A stretch of DNA of 64,000 nucleotides from Octopus sinensis. Taxonomy: Eukaryota. The stretch covers positions 113,708,001 to 113,772,000 of the forward strand of contig NC_042998.1 of assembly GCF_006345805.1 (NCBI RefSeq), given 5' to 3'. The notes beneath the pieces were generated by a model. That model searched no databases. It had not been told where the DNA came from and saw only the letters and a program-made list of their open reading frames with translations. Position 1 is the stretch's first letter. Each line of letters opens with the position of its first letter. The position numbers were made by a program, and so were the translations under genes. Positions 54,256 to 64,000 of this stretch are shown piece by piece.

Positions 54256-55739
54256 AGTTTTGATTTGATTAGGTTGTCTCATATGAAATGTCACATTTGA
54301 AAAAGGAAACATTAAAATTGTTTTTTAAGTTTTAGAATATTTATTTATTTAATCAAAATATGATCCTTGTTCATTTATGACCTTCATTCAACGTTCCTCT
54401 AAGGCATATATTCCAAACTTCATTAAACAAAGATCAAATTTTAATTCATTAAACTTTCTGATTTATTACATCGGTGATGTTACTTTACCATTAATGTTTA
54501 ACATGCTTAGATTCCTGAAATTTACTTTAAAAATGGAGGTGAAAATTTAAATCTAGTACTATTTTAATTTGCTGGTATACAATTGGTCATGTTTTAAGAT
54601 CATTTGGGTTTTATTACTTAACTCCCATTCTCACCAATTTAAAAATATTTTTGGTTGCAGGATGAGAATAAGCACCCATGATCTTTGTGGATCTTTCCAA
54701 ACTAGTGAGGTCGATATGGTTGATGTTCTGTTTCAACTTCTGCGTCTTGATGCTAAAAACAATGATGCTAAAAACAAGCCTGTCCGTAGTTGCTCGGCCT
54801 GATAAAAATAGCAAATTCCCTAATTCCTTAACTCGTCTTCTCTTACCAGGAAGGAAATAACGAATAAAATAGTCATAGATATCTCTAAAAAGATGAGATG
54901 ATCGTGGTTGGAATGACTTTATACATTTGTTCAATGAAAAATCCAGGAGAATTTAATTCTGGAGAGGGAAATATTGAGCAAAATGTTTAGTTCAGGATTT
55001 GAATGAGGCGAATGGCAATAGGAAAGCTGAATCGAGGAGGGGTCGGATGAGAAGTGGTGAATGGGTAAGGATATAAAATTAGTTAAATCAGAGAGGAATG
55101 AAGACAGATGAATGATGTTAGTATAACTGATAAATTAATGGTTTGTTATAGGCGGAGGGAACAGAACAATGGGGAATGTTTGAAATGGTATACTCTATTG
55201 AATGGGCAAGAACAGCATTTATCCAATGGACTTTGGTGAGATTAACGTATGTTTATTAAGTTTAAAAGAGTCAATAAGTGGCAGAGAGAAAACATCTCAG
55301 CGGTGGATTTGATTATCATTTGTAAATTAGTGATTTGATTAAGAGTATAAATTACATTAGGTAAATGGATTCATTGAAACAGCATATGTGCGTGAGAACT
55401 CTATCCCAAAGCTCTGCAATGCTTTGTAAATGTAAGTGGCTCAGACCCCTTTCGAGTAGACTTTTAGGACCTTACAGAAAAAGCTTAGCACTTCTGATGT
55501 AGTCTACTTTATGTTAAAGTATTAGGTGTTTCACAGACCAGTGATACATGATTGAAATATATCACAGAGTAGAACAAGTATATTTAACAATTTTAAGTAT
55601 AAAGATCAGAACACTTTCCAAGGATGTTTCTATCAGGCATAAATTGTATTTCTGGCTGCTAAACAGGTCATGGACATAAATATAGGTATAGCTATAGGTA
55701 CATGAGACAGAACAATAACGAAAAAGGTAAATTTATGAT

Positions 55740-55925
55740 AGATCGTTAGCCACTACACACATTTTTTCTCTCCTTGTTTTTTTTTTTCTGTGTCGCTTTC
55801 TGTAGAAGAGCGTAGGTTCGAAACGTTAAAGACTTTTTCTATTCCTGAGCGTTATACTAATACATCTCTTTGTTTTGTACACTACCTGTCTTCGTCTTTT
55901 GTTTTTTTTCGTAAACTCTCCCTAT
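55740..55925 (+). mobile_element. pLTR-like segment with hammerhead motif (55796-55831)
   Basis: CTTT-CTGTAGA-A-GAGC(gtag)GTTC-GAAAC-GTT-AAAG, then a T-rich tail into (TA)n. Confidence 0.6.
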
Positions 55926-56284
55926 ATATATATAATAACTGTATATAATATATATCATAATGATATTTATTCTCCGATTTGAAGCGACAATTTTTAAATA
56001 TAAACAACTGACCGAAAAATGACGAATCGACGCTTTCACGGTTCCTTGCGAATTTGATAGGCCAAACGCTCACCCATCAATTTCAGTCAAATTTAGTTAA
56101 TATACACTTAAACTGTCTTGATACTATATGAATAATATTTTTATAAACAAACCCGAAAGGTTTTGTTTATACCATACAACATATATTCCTGATTTATTAA
56201 AATTATAGGATGCATTATAAATACCAAATGGCAATTAAGGCCAGCTCAGTATATACACAGAAATATATATATATTACAAAAATG

Positions 56285-56580
<296 letters not shown>

Positions 56581-57350
56581 AACAAAAGAGTGGAGTGTTT
56601 CCTCGCAGGAAAAAATATAGGAAAATTGGTTTTTGAAATTGCACCTAAATTTGGAAAACTTGTAATTATTTAAAATATATTTATTTACATATATATACCA
56701 TACTAGTTTCAACAATATTTCTTGTTTATCAATAGTAAAAGTTTAAAATTAGGAATTAGAAAAACATCTTTAAAAGTTTCAATGTTGACAAATTAAAATG
56801 TTTCTCTTGACGTCTATTGTTTCCGGAAGACATTTCAATTATCGACAAAAAAAACATGTCAAACGTTTCTGTTCATTATAAGTTTTGTTTGTTCATTTAC
56901 TGCTACAAAGGTTAATATTTCCTAAGCCTTTAAATTCCATTGACTCAGGGTTTGTCACCTTTATATATGACCTTGCCATTGACTTTGACCTTAAAACATC
57001 TTTGACCTTCTTCTCATCCTTATGCAATTACAAGATATTTGTGGCTGTAGGCTTCGTGACATAATATCAAATAGTGAAGATGTCGTTGTTGTTTGCATCA
57101 AGCGTCTCGGATACGATACGTCGTAACAAAATCAGAGCTGGCTCTACTTTCCCCCCCAAAAAATTCCGTAGAGATAACCTTAACAAGTGATGTAATAGCA
57201 CTGCTAACAGAGTAGAACACAGTATTGACTTATAAAAACGTTTAATATACTTTGTAATATTTTATGGTTGCATAATGAAATGCAGTGTTCTTACACGTCA
57301 TTAATACTTTCAGTAGTCGGAGCTTAGTAGTATAAACTGGACATGACCTA

Positions 57351-57569
57351 ATATTGATTTCAAATTTTGGCACAAGGCCAGCAATTTCAGGGGAGGGGCT
57401 AAGTTGATTCTATCGACTCCGGTGCTCAACTCGTACTTATGTCATCTACTCCAAAAGGATGGAAAGGAATGTTGACCACAGCGGGATTTGTACTCAGAAT
57501 GTAAAGACGGACGAAATGCCGTTAAGCATTTTGCCCAGTGTGCTAACGATTCTGCGAGCTTGCCGTCTT
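57351..57569 (-). mobile_element. SINE family B, full length
   Basis: Reverse complement matches the 25078 and 25315 copies from head to tail. Confidence 0.85.
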
Positions 57570-57579
57570 AACATACCGT

Positions 57580-57581
<2 letters not shown>

Positions 57582-57610
<29 letters not shown>

Positions 57611-57810
57611 CCAGTTTCAGCTCTTGAGCTGTGGCCATGCTGGGGCACCGCCATTGTGGTGAAAGAGTACAGCAGGGATCACCACCCCCTGCCGGAGCCT
57701 CGTAGAGCTTTTAGGTGTTTTCGCTCAATAAACACACACAACGCCCAGTCTGAGAATCGAAACCGCGATCCTGCGACCGCGAGTCCGCTGCCCTAACCAC
57801 TAGGCCATTG
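57582..57810 (-). mobile_element. tRNA-derived SINE family C with poly(A) tail
   Basis: Reverse complement: TGGCCTAGTGGTTAGG (A box), GGTTTCGATTCTC (B box), GGCGGTGCCCCAGCATGGCCACAG tail module shared with family A, then ~29 A. Confidence 0.8.
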
Positions 57811-57914
57811 AATAACCTATTTTGAATAACTTTTAGCCGATAAAAATGTCCTTCTTTTCACTTCACTTTTTTAAAATATCCTACTGTATATGTTCGATTC
57901 TTCGTGAATATCAC

Positions 57915-58170
57915 CGCCATCATCACTGCTACTACCATCACTACCTCCACCACCACCACCACCACCACCACCACCACCACCACCACCACCACCACCATCA
58001 CCATCATCATCAGCATTGCTACTACTTCTTTTCTTTTCCTCCTCTTCCTCCTCCTCCTCCTCATCATCATCATCAGCAGCAGCAGCTGCAGCAGCAGCAA
58101 CATCAACATCAACATCAACGACGACACGACGACGATGACAGGGACGATAACGACAATGGCAATAATTGCT
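57915..58170. repeat. Compound triplet microsatellite (CAC/CAT/CTC/CAG/CAA/GAC)
   Basis: Direct reading. Confidence 0.9.
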
Positions 58171-59182
58171 GTCGTGCGAAGGGAATGCACTCGTATGGTA
58201 CATGCCATAAAATATCTTGCCATATTGTACATATTCCGTTACTGATAAAGCATTAAATTATATCTGAACATAATTTGGATTATTTTAAACCAGGGTTTGT
58301 TCACTCCTGGATTTTGTTTTCGATGATCTATCATCTACTTACACAATCCTTTCCACAATAATGTGTCGCTGTAGACTCTCACGTTCTCTCTCTCTCTCTC
58401 CCTCTCTCTCTGCTCTCCGTTTCTCCCCTCATTTCTCTCTTTCTCTTTCACCAGCTTGCTTTGGTCTTATCAGCCATGTTTGCTTCTTTCCCCCTCTCTT
58501 CCTTGGTAAATAATCAACTTAAATTTCTGTCAATAATGGAGATAATAACTTTGCTGGTGTCAAGAACATAATTTGAAAATTTGAAATTAATTATTAACGT
58601 TTTGAAAATACTATATCCAGAGGTACACAATTAATATAGCCAATAACATCAGTTGCTCATGAGCATTTTTGTATGTTATTATTGTTACAACTGTTATTAT
58701 ATATTTATTTATTTAATATTATTATGTATATTTTTAATTGCTTAATCTTTTTTTCTAATAAGAAATTTAGCCTTGAAATTGTAAAGGCGTAAAATTAATT
58801 TATTTTGCTAGCGTTGCGGGGGCCGTTTGCATAAATCATTGCAATTAACATATAAACTATGGAATCTGTACAGCTTCTCCAATAGATTTCTAATATGTGA
58901 GACCAATTCTCTTACTAAGTCTTTACGGTGTAATAACGTGTGAAGTTGAACGGTTAGCAACGGAGGAGATTAAAAAAAAACAGAAATAACAAGGCGTTTG
59001 CCTTTGTCTGCACAGTATCTTTTGTTCTTTTATGTTGTCACTTAGTCTTTCTCTTTGTATTTGTGTTTTTATATGGGGATTTCCTTTCATCTCGTTGTGA
59101 CATTCTTTCGATATCTATTTAATTACGTCCTCTCTCCCCCTATCTCTCTCTCTGTGTCTCTATCTAATACTTACCTGCCTGC

Positions 59183-59293
<111 letters not shown>

Positions 59294-59346
59294 ATTCCTA
59301 CCTACATGCCTATGTATGCATGTATGTATGTATGTATGTATGTAAG

Positions 59347-59377
<31 letters not shown>

Positions 59378-59402
59378 GTATGTAAGTATGCATGTATGTA
59401 TG

Positions 59403-59433
<31 letters not shown>

Positions 59434-59718
59434 GTATGTATGTATGTATGTATTTATGTATGTATCTCTCTATCTCAATGCTATTCCTTCTGTCTGTCTC
59501 CCAATTTGTTACGCATAATTCTCTCACCCACTCAACATACAACTACTAGACATTTTTGCAAGTATTATCTTTGTGTATACATTATATGTTCCTCGTCATT
59601 CCACAGACCTTCCCGCTCTCTGTTTCACAATTTTAATTTCTATAGGTCACTCAGCCAGACAGTATATATATATATATATATATATATACTCAGCCTTATG
59701 GCTAAGATCAATATCAAA

Positions 59719-59768
<50 letters not shown>

Positions 59769-59769
59769 T

Positions 59770-60334
59770 CCGTAATAATGAAGGTGAAATTAATTAATTT
59801 GGAATAATTATCAATTACACCAAGTAGTCTTCGGCATGTAAAAGCCTCATTCGAGGAAAATTTAAGTAATACTAAGCAATAAAGGGTTTAGCAACGAATT
59901 GCCTTACCACATACCGAATTTAGAAATAGCAGTCAAAGAGTTATAGCTATTTCTTCTACTAAAAAGGGAGATCTCAGTAAAAACAGCAATTGGAAGGCAG
60001 ACACAAACAGGTAAGAGGGAATGAATTGACGGCAATCTATCATACATTTTTAAGTTATCTACGGACGTACGTTTCGAAATCAAGTTTTTAGGAAAGCATA
60101 AGAATTAAATATTAAATATTAAATAATTCTATCTTACCGAAACTTCTTTTCTCTTCAGCGTAGAATACTATAATCATAAATGATTATATATTGAATTTTG
60201 AGATACTAGAAGGCACCAACTCAACTCAGTATCAGAGCGAGCTAGAATCCGCAACTAGTATCACCGAATTCAATTTGTGAATGAAACGATTGTGTCACCA
60301 GCCCCTTCCCACCCGCAATTCGTTGCTAAACCCT
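59770..60334 (-). mobile_element. pLTR-like element with a degenerate hammerhead and a short inverted terminal copy
   Basis: Homologous to 61763-62035. Reverse complement of 59824-59856 reads ctcgaatga-GGC(ttttacat)GCC-gaagac. 60314-60334 is inverted relative to 59883-59903. Confidence 0.55.
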
Positions 60335-60394
60335 TACATACATATATGTATGTATGTATGTATGTATGTATATGTATATATATGTATATATCCA

Positions 60395-60605
60395 TGTGTG
60401 TCCCTTTGTGTCTGTTTGTCTCACGCTCATAACTACTTGACACACTTCCCCGTGACATAGCGGTTCCGTAAAAAGAGGCGATAGGAAAAGTATTTGGCTT
60501 TAAAAAAATGTAGATTTGTTTGTCTAAAACCCTTCGAGGCAGTGCTCCAGCATGTTTGCAATTAAAATGACAGAAACAAGTAAAAAAAAATAAAGAATAA
60601 AAGTA
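60395..60605 (+). mobile_element. SINE family A, degenerate 3' half
   Basis: GTGTCTGTTTGTC, AGCGGTTCCG, GGCAGTGCTCCAGCATG, AAATGACAGAAACAAGTAAAA. Confidence 0.6.
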
Positions 60606-60610
60606 TATAT

Positions 60611-60672
<62 letters not shown>

Positions 60673-61519
60673 TTAGTGAATTGAAGAAATGGAGTTGCAC
60701 GAAGATTGAACAGAAATCGTTTTATTGCATTCTACACGTGTTTCGAAAGCCACAATTTACCAAATTCCGATTGAATAAGGAGACCATATTGTGTCTTTCT
60801 TTTCAGGAAGAAATAGGAAATCCGTTGGAAAAAACAAAAACAGAACAGAGGCGGAGCAAAACAAATCGAACGAGGCTCCTAAGAGCCCATGGCCAAACTG
60901 TTTATCAATGTATGTTGAAATCGGGTGGTGGGTGCGTTGAAGATTTTAACAGGTCAGGCAGCGGTCATTCCAGTGGGTGAGAGCACGGGGTGCGTAGATG
61001 TTCTTTGTGACCGAGACTAAAGTTCTGACTATTTAAAGAATATTAGGTGTATTATATGGGGCGAGACAAAATCTACTTAGAAACATGTGTGTGTGTGCTG
61101 TTCTATATGTGCGCGGCCGCAAGTTGGTAAGAAGCGCTACACACTGGTCACTGCTGTGAAATCCGTCAGGGGGTAGAAAATATTTTATGTGTTCGTATGT
61201 GCGTTTAATCGCGCGGCCGTCAGTTGGTAAACAGCCCTACACAATGGTCACTGCTGAAAAATCCGTCAGGCGGCAGAAAAATATTTTATGTGTGCGTGTG
61301 TTCGTCTAATCATGCCTTGTCAAAGAAACCCCCCGTCGTCAAAACAAAACACCATTCGTCTCCTGGGAGTAATTCCCCTTGCAATGGTTAATCATATTTC
61401 TCTTAAAAGCTTTTTCAAAATTTATTTCCAAGGGCTATTTTCATATAAGTAGTGTAACCGGGTGCAGGTATTATTTATAAGCGTTATTTATAAGCAAGAT
61501 AAGTATATATATAAGATAA

Positions 61520-61584
<65 letters not shown>

Positions 61585-61587
<3 letters not shown>

Positions 61588-62035
61588 TAAATAATTAGGG
61601 TTCAGTAAAGATTTGCTTTACCACATACCGAAGCTTAGAAATAGCAGCCAAAAAACGTTAGCTATTTCTTCTACTTAAAAAGGGACTTGAAATACTTGAA
61701 AGCAATCCACACGGGCAGAGAGGAAGAAGTAACGAAAATCGATCAATATCTGGTTACCTATGATTGATCTTCGTTACTTCTTCCTCTCTGTCCGTGTGGA
61801 TTGCTTTCAAGTATTTTGGTTTTTCTGGGAGTCCTTTTTTAAGTAGAAGAAATAGCTAACGTTTTTGGCTGCTATTTCTAAGCTTCGGTATATGGTAAAG
61901 CAAATCTTTGCTGAACCCTAATTATTTAGTATTACTTAAGTTTACCATAAAATGGTCCTTTTTTCATGTCGAACTCTACTTGGTGAAATTATTGATTACT
62001 TTTTAATTAATTAATTTTACCCTTTCTTATTACTG
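61585..62035. mobile_element. Palindromic (inverted pLTR-type) element
   Basis: 61585-61747 is inverted relative to 61763-61931 with a 15-nt loop and two small indels. The right arm continues in alignment with the reverse complement of 59770-59880. Confidence 0.7.
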
Positions 62036-62038
62036 ATA

Positions 62039-62947
62039 TCTATATATATAAAAGTGAAGTTGTGTGAGTGTCTGTCTCCTACGATTTAGATTCCTAACTA
62101 CTCCCACATTTTGCGGTGCAGTTCAACCAAAAGCGGGTATCTTATAGTCGTGATTCATATCGAGCCCGTCTGGGTATTAGCGCGCGTCTACGATGAGTCT
62201 ACGATTTTAAAAATAATTTACCATAATTTTTTCCATTTTAACGCATATTTTTTCGTGTGTCGATGGCGGCGGAGTTGGCGTCCATGCTCACACCTGCACC
62301 TGTGTTGCTTCTCCCCCTTCTTCCCTCCCTCGTGAAGCTGTGGGGAAGGGAGTGTAAGGAAATCAACGTCGTAAAGCGTTGTCAAGGAGACCAGCGTTCT
62401 TTTAGAACAACGACTTCATGGCTTGAAGATACCAAAACAGAAATGGCTAAGAAAGCCCGAAAGCAAATTCTACAAAATCGGGAAACACGCCACACAGGGA
62501 AGGTTTCCCGTGCAAATAATTTGCACAACCGATTGTTATAGTTGTTGCACAAATCTTTATATATAAAAGTGAAGTTGTGTGTCTGTCTCCTACGATTTAG
62601 ATTCCTAACTACTTCCACATTTTGCGGTGCAGTTTAACCAAAACCGGGTATCTTATAGTCGTGATTCATATCGAGCCCTTCTGGGTATTAGCGCGCGTCT
62701 ACGATGAGTCTACGATTTTAAAAAAATTACCATCATTTTTTCCATTTTAATGCATTTTTTCGCTATTAAATAAGGGAAGTAACTCTCGAAAAATGTCTAC
62801 GATGAGTCAACGATTTAAAAAAAAAATTACCATAATTTTTTATTCCATTTTTAATGCATTTTTTGCTAATTTTGGCTATAACTCTCTAAAAATGCTTATA
62901 TAGTTATTTCCCTTACAAACCCGAGCAACGCCGGGCGATACTGCTAG
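62039..62947 (+). mobile_element. Non-autonomous Helitron with duplicated 5' end
   Basis: A|TC start at 62039 (TCTATATATATAAAAG), second start at 62554, 3' hairpin CCCGAGCAACGCCGGG and CTAG|T at 62944-62948, no TSD. Confidence 0.85.
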
Positions 62948-63209
62948 TATATATATATAAAAGAAATCTCATTATAAACAACATGGACCCATTTTCTTCT
63001 TAAGAAAAAATATATTTTCATATAAATTAAACATTGTATCATGAATAGCGATTGCGAAACCGGTCGATACATTAAAAATTATACTATAACCATGTAAGTG
63101 GTGCGTATTTTCCGTTTTTATTTTTATTTTTCTTATATACATTACAATTCACAACGTGGGGACAACCGAAATTCCTCTTTTCTGTTACTACTACTACTAC
63201 TACTACTAC

Positions 63210-63280
<71 letters not shown>

Positions 63281-63489
63281 ATATATCTTAAAGCAACAAA
63301 GTAAAGTCTGGTCATAGAGCTACGAGGAAAGCTCATCGAACTCTATACAAAGACAAATTTAACTCTTCACTTCTCGGAGGTGACAAGTTGTTACAGTCAG
63401 TTGTTCAAAAGATCATCAGAGAATAAAAGGTCCGGCGTTGGTGAGGACGGGTTATCTCCCTTAGACTAGCTATTTTGGGAATAGGGATC

Positions 63490-63542
<53 letters not shown>

Positions 63543-63571
63543 TGTGTGTGTGTATGTATATATATTATATT

Positions 63572-63965
63572 GCCGGCAGGGGCTAAACATGGAGGGAACA
63601 AACAAGGACAGACAAAGGGATTAAGTCGATTACATCGACTCCAGTGCATAACTAGTACTTATTTAACCGACCCCGAAAGGATGTAAAGGCAAAGTCGACC
63701 TCGGTGGAATTTGAACTCAGAATGTAACGGCAGACGAAATACCCGTTTCTTTATTACCCACAAGGGGTTAATCATAGAGGGGGCAAACAAGGACAGACAA
63801 ACGGATTAAGTCGATTACACCGAGCCCTGTGCGTAACTGGTACCTTATTTATAGACCCCTGAAAGGATGAAAGGCAAAGTCGACCTCGGCGGAATTTGAA
63901 CTCAGAACGTAACGGCAGACGAAATACCGCTAAGTATTTCGCCCGACGTGTTAACGAGTCTGCTT
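63572..63965 (-). mobile_element. Two tandem SINE family B (variant-tail) copies
   Basis: Duplicated AACAAGGACAGACAAA.GGATTAAGTCGATTACA...GAAAGGATG.AAAGGCAAAGTCGACCTCGG.GGAATTTGAACTCAGAA.GTAACGGCAGACGAAATACC. Confidence 0.85.
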
Positions 63966-64000
63966 GTGTGTGTCTGTGTGTGTGTGTGCATATAACTATG

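Noticed and set aside
54300-55700. Expected Penelope ORF upstream of the 55740 pLTR
   Set aside because: No RT or GIY-YIG motifs found in the frames I translated.
57846-58256. Poly-His/Pro/Gln ORF resembling a transcription-factor low-complexity region
   Set aside because: It is entirely a compound triplet microsatellite, open in several frames on both strands, with no folded domain or splice support.
60735-60775. Minus-strand GAAAC-ACGTGT-A hammerhead-like end
   Set aside because: No CUGANGA core and no stem II.

Overview
AT-rich, microsatellite-dense animal genomic DNA. The SINE and microsatellite landscape suggests an octopus or other cephalopod (inference, no database search run). No host protein-coding gene can be supported; almost all ORFs in the supplied track are translations of (TA)n/(CA)n/(TATG)n/(TATC)n/triplet repeats. 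There is one 100-N scaffold gap (24592-24691). The recognisable content is mobile DNA: (1) a near-full-length L1/Tx1-clade LINE at ~28.4-34.66 kb (ORF1 with a CCHC knuckle; ORF2 APE-RT-Zn; broken by many frameshifts) plus two 5'-truncated relatives, with the two complete 3' ends running into (TATC)n; (2) several R4/Dong-type (RLE) retrotransposon fragments, including a same-strand chain spaced by (TAA)n at 2.3-4.3 kb; (3) Penelope-like remnants, namely two GIY-YIG fragments, pLTR-like segments with hammerhead-ribozyme motifs, and several fold-back elements; (4) a non-autonomous Helitron with a duplicated 5' end; (5) a TTAA-flanked piggyBac-type MITE; (6) two CR1/Jockey-group LINE fragments; (7) many tRNA-derived SINEs of at least three families. 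The most unusual signal is a set of small inverted-arm elements that enclose or adjoin hammerhead cores, best seen at 15961-16445 (126-bp perfect arms). Coordinates of degenerate repeats are approximate.
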